64,000 nucleotides of DNA from Diplonema japonicum (GCA_964019335.1 OZ025762.1:62001-126000), one strand, 5' to 3'. Positions 1 through 9,800 are shown, counted from the first letter of the stretch. Translations and numbers: made by a program. The notes: generated by a model not told the origin, from the letters alone.

Positions 1-2
1 TA

Positions 3-824
3 CAGAGTGAGAAGGAGGATGTCGAGGCCGAGAACTTTGAAAAGGATGCCACCGACATTGTTGCCTGCTGGCCATGCTGGGACGAGCAATACACTCTAAG
101 CAACTGGATGAAGGGCAGCAAGTTGTGGGTCGGAACAAAAACCGAAGGAGAGGAAAAAAGAAAGCTTGCAATGAGGATTCAGATATGCAGCGAGCCAGAT
201 GACGAAGCGATCTCCCAGATCATGCAGTGCACCAACAACAACATTGTGAACATATATGAAGTGAAAAGGCTCGCCGACGGCAGGGTGGCGACGGTGACGG
301 ATGTCTACGAGAAGAACCTGACAACACTCATCAAGGAGGATGGTTGCCTCAGAATAGAAAAAGCGAGGGAAGTACTTTTAGACTCACTTCAGGGCCTTCT
401 TGAAATCCATAATGAAAACCTCATCCATGGGGGTATCAACACCGACAACATCGTTCTGGACGACAAAGGGAATGCTCTTATCAGCGGACTGGGAACAGTG
501 CGAAGCACTTTGTGTGACGAGTCCTACTGCGAACCACCCTTCAAAGCACCTGAAGGAGGCACCAGCCAAGAAGCAGACTGCTGGGCTTTGGGTGTCACAC
601 TGTGCTGTGCATGTCTTGGGATGGAGGAGGGCATGAAGGAAGTAAAGTCGATCCAAGAAGGAAAGTTGTTCGAGAAGCTGCTGGATCGTGGAAGTGCGGG
701 CAAAACCCTTTCCGACGTTATCTCTGGTCTTCTGTGTGTCAATCCTGTTGGCAGGCTTTCATTTGCTGGCCTGCATGAGCTCATTGAACAAACATCGCTC
801 TGTTTTGGGCCGCTGTCGATGTAA
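3..824 (+). CDS. Protein kinase-like domain, probably a pseudokinase; 5'-partial
   Basis: The kinase subdomain order is recognisable (NIVNIYEV, GLLEIH..NLIHGGINTDNIVL, FKAPE, DCWALGV, LLCVNPVGR), but HRD reads HGG and DFG reads SGLG. The frame has no stop from position 3, so the gene probably starts before the window. Confidence 0.7.
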   Translation, partial: QSEKEDVEAENFEKDATDIVACWPCWDEQYTLSNWMKGSKLWVGTKTEGEEKRKLAMRIQICSEPDDEAISQIMQCTNNNIVNIYEVKRLADGRVATVTDVYEKNLTTLIKEDGCLRIEKAREVLLDSLQGLLEIHNENLIHGGINTDNIVLDDKGNALISGLGTVRSTLCDESYCEPPFKAPEGGTSQEADCWALGVTLCCACLGMEEGMKEVKSIQEGKLFEKLLDRGSAGKTLSDVISGLLCVNPVGRLSFAGLHELIEQTSLCFGPLSM

Positions 825-919
825 GTTTAAAATAAATTTAAATTTTACAACAAATTAAATTTTAAATCTTTTTCTCTCTATACAGTAATCCGATGCTCCA
901 GAAAGGGTGTATCTGTCTG

Positions 920-922
<3 letters not shown>

Positions 923-973
<51 letters not shown>

Positions 974-1016
974 TTTGGCATGAAAATCGTTTCCAGCACC
1001 TTTCGAAGGGAGCATT

Positions 1017-1067
<51 letters not shown>
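923..1067. repeat. A49 tract and T50 tract separated by 46 bp
   Basis: Direct reading: A run 923-971, T run 1018-1067. Confidence 0.9.
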
Positions 1068-2290
1068 CCCGGGAGCGAGAGGACGACGAGGAGAGGGGGC
1101 CGCTAGGGGTCTTGCTGAAGAGGTGGCTACCCTTCCTGAACAAGGGGTGGTCCTTCATTGAAGGTTTGCGCGCTCTGGTGCCCAGTGCGAGACGCCATGA
1201 AGTAAGACAGGCGATCAGACCGGCTGTTGCAAAGGAATTGATCCACGGCAGGTCGTCTTTTGCTGGAATGGAAGCGGGTGCATGTCCGTCCACGAACGCC
1301 TGGTGGAGGAAGCTCCAGTCTCGGAGACCGCTGATATCGTACAGACTGCGGCGGATCATCAGCGGTGCAGTGTTCACGGTACACCCTCGAGTGTGGGGGA
1401 AGCAATTGGATGAACGTGAGGGTGTGGAAAGCTCGTCTCTTGCGTGCGACGTCTGCGACCATCGATGCCAGACGACGACAGAAGTCACGGAGCACGCCCT
1501 ATGGGAATGTGCACCAGCGAGAGCTGCCCTGACAAACGAAAGATATGGCGGGATGACGCGAAGTGACCTACCTGCAGTGACCGCCCTCCACGGGATCATT
1601 CCAAGGGGCGCAACGGGGGCTGCGAAGCAACAGGCGGCAGTCGTGCAACGATACCTGTTGGATGTCGTGTCAAGACGAGACGCCAGAGCGGCTGAACGGA
1701 GCACCAGAATCCTCACCACCAACCCGTGGGATGAGATCACAACGGGGAAGCAGCACACTGTGCCCACAGTGGAGCTGTTGAAATCGAACGGAGCGTCGGG
1801 AAAGGTCCTAATGTTCTACATGAAGAGCGTCCTCAGGTGGCTGAAAGCCTAAGATGGTACGCAGGCAGGAAGTTGACGTCCGTCACGACGATGGAGCTCG
1901 CAGTAGACTATGAGCAGGCCACCCGGCAGTCCTTGGCTGGACCCCTTGACGACCAGGACTGGCTCACAGAGAAGGCTGGAAGGATGCGATACATCTTAGG
2001 ACGTATTCAGAAATGCACAGCAAAGAGTGGGAAGAATGCTTTCCCCGCCAACGCAAAGACAAGGGTACACACCCTTCGACATCTTGGGGGCCCGACGACA
2101 CACGGCTACGACAGGAGACCACTCTTCTCCTCGAGCCAAACCGCCCCCTACCTAGCACGACTCCAAGCAATGTTTCTCGCCCAGATGCCGTCCATCTCAT
2201 CGCGACAAACAGCCACCGCAGGCACCAGACAGCAACCGCAGAACGGTGACCGATTAGTGTGAATTTCTCCCTGAACGGTGAGCACCCACC
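1068..2290 (+). mobile_element. 5'-truncated, frameshifted 3' end of a non-LTR retrotransposon (LINE ORF2 C-terminus)
   Basis: Contains a CCHC-type knuckle (CDVCDHRCQTTTEVTEHALWEC) after LRRIISGAVFT. A one-base frameshift near 1846 joins ...VLRWLK to LRWYAGRKLTSVTTMELAVDYE. That peptide is homologous to 61974-62540 (LRWMRQLRWYAGSRNTSVSTVELALDFE), and a related fragment lies at 40490-40715. Confidence 0.7.
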
Positions 2291-2330
2291 CGCACACCGA
2301 AATTTATCAATTTTTTTTTTTTTTTTTGTT

Positions 2331-2460
2331 ACAAATATTTATCTTTCAGAAAATGATTTTATAACTATATGCAACTTGTGCCGAGCAAAAAACTTTCGCA
2401 GCTTTTTAAAAAACCTTTTTTGCTCGTGCGAACAACAAAGACATATAGTCATAAAGAATT
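2331..2460. repeat. Dispersed AT-rich repeat; other copies (inverted) at ~46530-46735 and ~57015-57125
   Basis: Shared blocks such as ATCTTTCAGAAAATGATTTTATAACTATATGCA and AAACCTTTTTTGCTCGTGCGAACAACAAA recur as reverse complements. Confidence 0.8.
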
Positions 2461-2521
2461 ATTATTATTATTATTATTTTTTTTTTTTTTTGCTGGAACA
2501 AGTAAACAAATTTTTGAAAAG

Positions 2522-2597
2522 AATTGTTATTGCAAAAAAGAGTAGAGGCAGCTTGTCCGTTTATCCCTACTGTAGGTGAAAACGGCTTGCACAAACA
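2522..2597. repeat. Dispersed repeat directly upstream of the YR-element gag ORF; near-identical inverted copy at 30639-30717, diverged copies near 53475-53550, 61510-61550 and 61775-61868
   Basis: AATTGTTATTGCAAAAAAGAGTAGAGGCAGCTTGTCCGTTTATCCCTACTGTAGGTGAAAACGGCTT matches the reverse complement of 30639-30717. Confidence 0.8.
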
Positions 2598-2604
2598 AAA
2601 CAAT

Positions 2605-3648
2605 ATGGCTTGCGCAGACATCGACCCGTCGGAGTTATCGGTTATACTATACCCGGAGGGGGCCCCCGCGGCGCCGGCGGACCCGGACTGTGCTGCCGGC
2701 TGCGACCGGGAGCACAAAACGGGGTTCCATTGCCCCCGATGTGGTTGCCTGGGCAACGAAGCGTGCCTCAAGCAGGTTCACAAAAGAGACGGAACGCACC
2801 TTCTAAAGGACCTGGGCTCCAGGGGTTGGATCTGCCCCCGATGTCTATGGGCGGTCCAGAAGGAGGGCGAACCTCTGGTGCTGCTGGGTTCCCCCGCTAG
2901 GGAGGAGAAACAGGCCCCCGTCCTGACGGAGGGGCTGATGGGCGCCTTCAGGGCATTCTTGAGCAGCCCGGGGGGGCTCAAGAGTCTGGGTCTCGCAGAC
3001 CAGGAGGGATCCTCCGACCCCGCAGGTCGAGGAGAAGGCCAAGCAGGCCTAGGAGGGGGCCAAGCAGGCCTGGAAGGAGGCCACGCAGGCCCAGGAGGGG
3101 GCCAAGCAGGCCTAGGAGGAGGCCACGCAGGCCTGGGAGGGGGCCAAGCAGGACTGGTGCCAGACGAGCTTCCGTACTCGGTGGACACCAGAAGAGTGAC
3201 GTTCTGGGTCGGACACGTCACACACGCCCATCTCAGACGTCAGCTCCTTGGAAACATCCGGACTCGCTACGGACCGATCCCGGAGGACGCCCGGGACACT
3301 GCGCGTGGACACGAACACGATGTTCGTAGGTTGTTCCGGTACCTGACGCAGATCTTCCCGCTCTTTGCCACGGTAGGGGAGGCCCTGTTTCCGCTGGCGC
3401 ACGATCTCATGGTCCAGCTGGAGTGTTGCCGTATCAGGGCTAAGGCTCCGGATCGCCAATCCGGCATGGAAAGGGCCTTGGTGTACGAGGAAAGGCTGGA
3501 AGGATTGGAATGGACGAAGGTTGATGGCAATGTCATCAGCGCCGCGGCTCGGCTGGCGGCGGCGGTAAAGTCGGAACCTCTTAGGTCAGAACCCTCAAAG
3601 AGACCGAATTACTTCCACGGTGGGGGTCCAAAAAAGGCGAGGCATTGA
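2605..3648 (+). CDS. gag-like ORF with N-terminal PHD-like Cys cluster and Gly-rich heptad repeats
   Basis: ATG at 2605; CAAGC...CPRCGCLGNEAC...WICPRC; GQAGLGG-type repeats; it is the first ORF of the element. Confidence 0.6.
   Translation: MACADIDPSELSVILYPEGAPAAPADPDCAAGCDREHKTGFHCPRCGCLGNEACLKQVHKRDGTHLLKDLGSRGWICPRCLWAVQKEGEPLVLLGSPAREEKQAPVLTEGLMGAFRAFLSSPGGLKSLGLADQEGSSDPAGRGEGQAGLGGGQAGLEGGHAGPGGGQAGLGGGHAGLGGGQAGLVPDELPYSVDTRRVTFWVGHVTHAHLRRQLLGNIRTRYGPIPEDARDTARGHEHDVRRLFRYLTQIFPLFATVGEALFPLAHDLMVQLECCRIRAKAPDRQSGMERALVYEERLEGLEWTKVDGNVISAAARLAAAVKSEPLRSEPSKRPNYFHGGGPKKARH
3037..3156 (+). repeat. 21-bp coding tandem repeat, ~5.7 copies, encoding G(Q/H)AG(L/P)(G/E)G
   Basis: GGCCAAGCAGGCCTAGGAGGG and variants in tandem. 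Confidence 0.9.
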
Positions 3649-5282
3649 CAGCTGACTCATCCACCATCCCTAACTCGTATCAATCAGAACAGTACTTCTC
3701 TAGCTCCCGTCAACGGTTCCCTCCCCCCGCTCGCTCCTCTTTTTCATTTATCAAAAACGTTTCTCACTCCCTCTGCGACTCCGAAAGGTCGGCCGCGATT
3801 AAACGACTATTCGATCGCGAAGGAGGAAGTGGGACCCCTACTACTGCAAACGCAAGAGTTCATGGGGACTTGCTACAAATCTCAAGACTCGGTGGTCTCG
3901 GTCCTTCGCAGGGGCCGGCAATTCGCGGAGCAGGTACGCAGATGGCATCCGACGATATCGGAGGAGGAGGCCTTCCTGCTATGGATAGAAAGGAAACGCA
4001 GTGCGGGGCAGATTTCCGCTTCCTCCGCACTACAGTACATGACTTACTGGCGGATGGGTCAGGTCGGCCCGACGGCAGCCTATCGTCGTTCCCTCCAAGG
4101 GAGACTGGAGGTTTTCAACCATCGCCTAGAAAGCCAGAGGATTCTGGTGTCACGGGAGCAGGTGCTCAGTGTGATCTCGTCCCCGCAGGACATGTTGACG
4201 GCTGCCCTGTCCTTGCAATGGAGCACGGCCGGTCGGTTCGTGGACGTAGAACGTCTTCTAATAGGGCACGTGTTCCCCCGCCCCGGGGAGACCTTGATCA
4301 TGCTGGTTGGCGGGAAGACCGACCGACAAGGGAAGGGTCAGGGGGTCGTGGTCCCGTCGGACGGAAACCTATTCGGGCCTGCGAAGCGGTGGATCGAAGG
4401 AAGGAAGCGGTCGGCTACACCGGACCGAAGGGTCTTCCCAACGATATCCCGCGTAGCGTACAACCGTTTCCTGATGAAGAGCTTAAACGTCACGGCTCAC
4501 GACATAAGACATGCGGCGTTGACTCACGTGGCGCGACGTCTGGGGGAAGGAGCGGCCCAGAGCATGGCTCGACACGCAGAGGCGTCTACAACGAGGTTAT
4601 ATATACCTCCCGAGACGTGGCAGGCGTCGGCGGAGACACGGGCGGGAGGCGCCAGCCTGCAGTGAGGTCTCAGCCGGCGGTGCCGCGTTGGCCGGTCAGC
4701 TTGACGGACGTGTTCAGAACCTATGATTATGTGGAGTCGTGGCTGGAGCTGGGTTCGAGTGTGCGGCTGCCGAAGGCGGCGTACATCGGTGAGGTCGACA
4801 GAATACCCACCTCCACGATCGACACGGATGGCTTGTTGCTCAGGTTCCCGAGGCTGGAGGGTTCTCTACGATGGTGGACGGACGTCCATTTCCTTAGAAG
4901 CGTGGTGAAGCAGTCCTTTAGGAAGTCTCCGGGTCCCCCTAACGAAAAGCTACGACCCCACGCACGTTCCCTCTGGATGATGGGTTTGACCGAGCCGTCA
5001 ACGAGGACCTCCGCCCCGTGGTATCACTCCGCGTTCACTGTCCCGAAGAAGGATCCCTCGAGGCTGCGCTTTATCCTTGCCTGCACGGACTTCAACAACG
5101 CTACTTTGGACGTGCCTCTGCCCAGCTGCAACCTGCCCGCATACCGGGACATCATCGCCGATCTAATGAGCTGCGAGTACTGCGCAGAGTACGATTTCCG
5201 CTCCTTTTTCTTCCAGTTCGGTTTACCGGAGGCGGTTAGGCCGTTCTTTTCCTTCCGAATCCGAGGCGCGGGGGACGACATG
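3645..5282 (+). CDS. Long ORF overlapping the YR gene and ending in an N-terminal reverse transcriptase domain; 3'-partial at the gap
   Basis: SAFTVPKKDPSRLRFILACTDFN and EYDFRSFFFQFGLPEAVRPFFSFR match the first LTR/DIRS-type RT motifs. Ns begin at 5283. Confidence 0.75.
3649..4665 (+). CDS. Tyrosine recombinase (start uncertain; frame is open from the gag stop codon)
   Basis: Catalytic signature: R (TAGRFVDV), K (GGKTD), HxxR (AHDIRH), H (MARH), Y (TTRLYIP). Confidence 0.85.
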   Translation, partial: QLTHPPSLTRINQNSTSLAPVNGSLPPLAPLFHLSKTFLTPSATPKGRPRLNDYSIAKEEVGPLLLQTQEFMGTCYKSQDSVVSVLRRGRQFAEQVRRWHPTISEEEAFLLWIERKRSAGQISASSALQYMTYWRMGQVGPTAAYRRSLQGRLEVFNHRLESQRILVSREQVLSVISSPQDMLTAALSLQWSTAGRFVDVERLLIGHVFPRPGETLIMLVGGKTDRQGKGQGVVVPSDGNLFGPAKRWIEGRKRSATPDRRVFPTISRVAYNRFLMKSLNVTAHDIRHAALTHVARRLGEGAAQSMARHAEASTTRLYIPPETWQASAETRAGGASLQ

Positions 5283-5482
5283 NNNNNNNNNNNNNNNNNN
5301 NNNNNNNNNNNNNNNNNNNNNNNNNNNNNNNNNNNNNNNNNNNNNNNNNNNNNNNNNNNNNNNNNNNNNNNNNNNNNNNNNNNNNNNNNNNNNNNNNNNN
5401 NNNNNNNNNNNNNNNNNNNNNNNNNNNNNNNNNNNNNNNNNNNNNNNNNNNNNNNNNNNNNNNNNNNNNNNNNNNNNNNNNN
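5283..5482. other. Assembly gap (200 N)
   Basis: Run of N. Confidence 1.
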
Positions 5483-5605
5483 GGTTTGCGGGTTTGCGGG
5501 TTTGCGGGTTTGCGGGTTTGCGGGTTTGCGGGTTTGCGGGTTTGCGGGTTTGCGGGTTTGCGGGTTTGCGGGTTTGCGGGTTGGGTTTGCGGGTTTGCGG
5601 GTTTG
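5483..5605. repeat. (GGGTTTGC)n octamer tandem repeat, ~15 copies, at the gap edge
   Basis: Direct reading; one unit is shortened near 5578. Confidence 0.95.
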
Positions 5606-5634
5606 TTGGGGCGACCCCGGGATCAGCCCCGTCT

Positions 5635-5683
<49 letters not shown>

Positions 5684-5754
5684 AAGAAAAGAAAAATAAA
5701 AAGAAAATAAAAGATATATGAATTGAAGGGAGTCTTTGTGAGACGCTTTTTTAA

Positions 5755-6158
5755 GGGGGACTTGAGAAAATAAATAAAAAGGGGGACTTGAGAAAATAAA
5801 TAAAAAGGGGGACTTGAGAAAATAAATAAAAAGGGGGACTTGAGAAAATAAATAAAAAGGGGGACTTGAGAAAATAAATAAAAAGGGGGACTTGAGAAAA
5901 TAAATAAAAAGGGGGACTTGAGAAAATAAATAAAAAGGGGGACTTGAGAAAATAAATAAAAAGGGGGACTTGAGAAAATAAATAAAAAGGGGGACTTGAG
6001 AAAATAAATAAAAAGGGGGACTTGAGAAAATAAATAAAAAGGGGGACTTGAGAAAATAAATAAAAAGGGGGACTTGAGAAAATAAATAAAAAGGGGGACT
6101 TGAGAAAATAAATAAAAAGGGGGACTTGAGAAAATAAATAAAAAGGGGGACTTGAGAA
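5755..6158. repeat. 26-bp perfect tandem repeat GGGGGACTTGAGAAAATAAATAAAAA, 15.5 copies
   Basis: Unit starts at 5755, 5781, 5807 ... 6145 (390 = 15 x 26). No spacers. Confidence 0.95.
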
Positions 6159-6343
6159 TGTTTTTTTTTTTTTTTTTTTCTTCAAAAGACACACAAGGCA
6201 CGATAAATCTTAAGAGAAAATAAAAATATTCCAAAACAGACAATCAAGTTCCAACCTGGGAGGAAGGCATGGGTTTCTCTTTTTCTTTATGGGAGGGAGA
6301 GGGGAAGAAGAAGAAGCAACTCCAAATGATAAAAATTCAAAAA

Positions 6344-6395
6344 TAAAAATCTCAAAAAAGGCTTAAAAGAAGAAGAGGCAAATTCAAAAACATAC
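6344..6395. repeat. 52-bp direct repeat, left copy (candidate target-site duplication)
   Basis: TAAAAATCTCAAAAAAGGCTTAAAAGAAGAAGAGGCAAATTCAAAAACATAC, identical to 17160-17211. Confidence 0.9.
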
Positions 6396-6846
6396 TAGGG
6401 AGGAATGAGTGGGGCAGGGGGTAAAATTTAGGAGGGGGAAAGAGGGAGAATCAAAAAAGGGGAAAGGGGCAGAGTGACCAATGTCCATGCGAAAAAGCAT
6501 AGAGCGGGGGAAGAAGAAAATCAAAAACAGGAAAAACACATCACCACAAAAGAAAAAAGAAAAAAAAAAAAAAAACGTCGACCGAGATGGTTCCACTTCA
6601 AAAAGAAAAAGAAAAAGAAAAACAGAAAAATAAAAAAAAAAAAAAAAAAAAAGGAAAAACAAAAAGAAAAAAAAAAAAAAAGGAAAAAAAAAAAAAATCT
6701 AAGTGGTTCTATCTAGCCTGGCCGTTGTAGCACCTGTTCCTATTCTTTTATTTTTCCCTTTTTTTTTTCTCAGAAAAAAAAAAAAAAAAGTTTCACATCT
6801 TCCTATGGCGGGGGGGGGGAGAACAGCCCCCCACACCCCCGCTGGC

Positions 6847-9800
6847 CTATCTGGCCAGCGAGCCTTTGGACCTCTTCTTGTGGGGTATGGGCCCCACCCG
6901 TGCCCTCCCCGACTCGAGCTGCAGCCAAGCCACCGCACTGTTCACCGGGGCCCAGTTCTCCTTGTTGCGCACCTTGACCGTGTCCCGCACCAGGTCGTCG
7001 CTCCCCAGCTCTTCCATCAACCTGTGCTCCGCCAAGAACTTGAACTGGGGCCCGGTCATCCCCTTGAGCTCACCCCTGCATATGTTGGCTTCGACCACGG
7101 TGCCATCCGCCCCCGTACCCTTCAGATAGATGTAGCCACCCTCCACACAATCCGAGTCAGTACTGGCCGATCGGGCCCGGGCCCGCTTCTTGTCCTTCTT
7201 GCTCCACTTCAGCTCTTCCAGGGTGGGGAGGTCCGTGGCAACCACCTCAGGCCGCCTCTCCCTGTCTTCCTCCTTCTTCCGGGCCAACAGCCCAAGGTAC
7301 CTCTCAAAGGAGACGTCCTCGAACAACCCCGGGACCGTCACCACCGCTGACTGCAGGTCGACCTCTTCAACACCCATCTTCCGCAGATGGTCCTGGACAG
7401 TGCGCCTCGTCTCCTTCTCGCAGGGCCCCCTCCCCTCGTAGACGTCGAGGGTGACCTTCCTTCCATCCCTCACCCACGCCTTCACTTTGATCAGGTCCTT
7501 GACCTTTCCCACTGGGGCCCTTATCCTTGCGTCGCACCTCTCCAAGAACTCACGTAGTGTCACCTTGGTAGCGCCGGCTCCCGCCGCAATGCCCACTACC
7601 CCTTCCTTCCCCGGTGTCGGGTGGTGTCTGCACCCCCGGGTCTGCAACTTGACCACCCTCCATGCCGTTTCCAGAGTCCCCTTGAGCACGCCACCCTTGA
7701 AACGAACAGGTTGCACCGCCGAACACCCACACGCGTACGTGATCTGGAAATCCTGGACCGTCCTCGGGAACTCGAACTCGCGGTATGTTTCCGACTTCTG
7801 CACCTCACAACCCACAATGCGGCTGCGGCGCTCTCCGTCCGACCCACCTTCCAAGCTTGCGAAGTACTGCTTTACCATCATGTATCCAAGTCCAGCGATA
7901 CCAATCTGGCCAGCCATAGCCACCTCCAGTGGAACACCCAGCGACTCGGCCTTCGCAAGAAGCATCTCCTCAGTCCTCTCCCTTCCAGGGTCCGTTCCTT
8001 CTTCAAGGATGATCTCCACCCGGCCCTCGAACTGGATGATGAACTTGAGCAGTCGGTCCCCCGGCCTCGCCCTCAGTGGCACCATCGCTCTCGGAATTGG
8101 GATGCCCATCACCACATCAATCGGGTCAAGCTGAACGAAGTCTCCCCCTACTTCCACCTGCTGTTCCCTTTCCGGTGCCCCGACTCCCATCAGCTGATCT
8201 CCCTCCGGCGTCTGGATCCCACCCCTAGGTGTGTCAGGCCCCGACTGGCTGCCTCCGCTCGGTGCGTTCCCGCCCTCTTTGGTCCCTTCGGGGGCGTCAT
8301 CCGCCTGCGGCTTCAGAGTCCTCCCACCGCCCTGTCTCTTCGCAGCTTGTTCCCTACAGAATTCGCTCACGGTCATCTTCCTCGTAGCAGTTGTCGCACT
8401 CTGGTCCCCCTTGTTCGAGTCCCTCTGGGCCTCCGTATCCCCCTTAGGACACTGGTCCAAGGTCTGGTTCACCGCAGCGTCAGTCGCCCCTTGTCTCTTC
8501 CCATCTTCCTGGGCCTTCGGGTCAAGCTCCCCTCCCTGCCCAGCCCTCTCGCTGGATCCTGTTCCGACCATCTCCGTGTCTTCTCCTCCCGGCGAGGCTG
8601 CTTCGAGTCCTGCTCCCGCTTTCCCTTGTGTTCCACCCTCCACCGGTTCCGCCTTTCGCTGCTGCTGCATTCGGGCGTCCAGGTCCTTCTTCGTCTGCTC
8701 CAGAAGGGCATCCAGCTGGTGGGCCACCGTGATTGGGGGTCCGCCTCCCTGTCCCTTCACTTCCCTCTCGGACGACTCCTCAGCTTCGGTGGTTTTTTCA
8801 TTGCCGAAGGAGTCCTCTGTGAGGTCAGTGTTGGATTCAGTGTTGGGTTCGTTGTTCGCTTCCTCGTTGTCCTTTTTTTCCTCTTCGCCGTCCGGTACCG
8901 GGGGCCCTGGATCCAACTGTACAGGCCCTTTGACTAACAGCGCCCCTGCTATCGATCTCATCATGGCCGTTGACACCTCTTGGACCACACGCCTGTGTAT
9001 CGAGACTCTGTCCCCGTGAGCCCGCGCAGCTATGCTCCTGGACAGTTTCTTCGTGAGGTAGACTGCTGCCTCCCCGAACCCCCCAAAGGTCTCCATCGCG
9101 AAAGGTACAAAGGCCACGCGTGTCTTGGCGAGCTCCGCCTCATACTTCTGGCGCTTGTAGTGTTCCGCCTTCGCCGCTGCGTATCCCGCAGTCTTCGCCG
9201 CCTGGTTGACACAAGACTCGTTCCTCGGGTGCACGATGACCACGTCCATAGCCATTGGGCGGGAACCCCCCACCCCACCTGGGAAGAACACGTCCGCCGG
9301 GCGCTGGGACGACCCCGGGATCAGCCCCGTCTTCTCCATCGTTGCGCTCACCCCGGCCCACTGACAGTGTCTGTGGATGGTCTCCTTCACCCGGTCGTGC
9401 CTCGCAATCCTGGCGTTGCCGCATCCCTGGGCATGGTCACCCCATACGTCCATCCCCTCAGTCTTGCACCTCGGGTCGTGGCAGCTCTCACCCTGCTTGT
9501 AGACCGGAGCCCCCAACCACCACTTGATCAGAGCCCCAAACTCGTTGTCCGACAGCTGGTTGTAGAAGTCAGGCGTCGCCGTCAACCACGCTCCCGCATA
9601 GTGCATTGACTCCGACATCAACCTCGCTCTCGAGCGTGCATCTGCTTTCGCCAAGAGGTCCTCCAGCGCCTTCTCATCAAGCACCCTAGAGAGCCACCTC
9701 TGGCTGCAGATGTGGGGGGCCTTGGCCACCATGTCGGGTGTAATCTGCATGCCGCCCTTCGTCCTGTTGAACCACTCGAGCCAGCTCCCCCATACACCCC

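Larger units (their letters stand above)
2605..5282 (+). mobile_element. Tyrosine-recombinase retrotransposon, VIPER/TATE-like (gag, YR, RT order), truncated by the assembly gap
   Basis: Three linked ORFs: gag-like, tyrosine recombinase, and the start of an RT. YR upstream of RT is the order known from kinetoplastid VIPER/TATE elements. Confidence 0.8.

Noticed and set aside
862-1161. Poly-Lys/poly-Phe ORF starts, here and in many intergenic ORFs at 5486-6716, 30-35 kb and 56-61 kb
   Set aside because: Translations of homopolymer or tandem-repeat DNA.
5483-5605. Telomere
   Set aside because: GGGTTTGC is telomere-like, but known euglenozoan telomeres are TTAGGG and this array is internal at a gap edge. 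Kept only as a tandem repeat.
5755-6158. CRISPR array
   Set aside because: The 26-bp units are contiguous with no unique spacers, there are no cas genes, and the context is eukaryotic.
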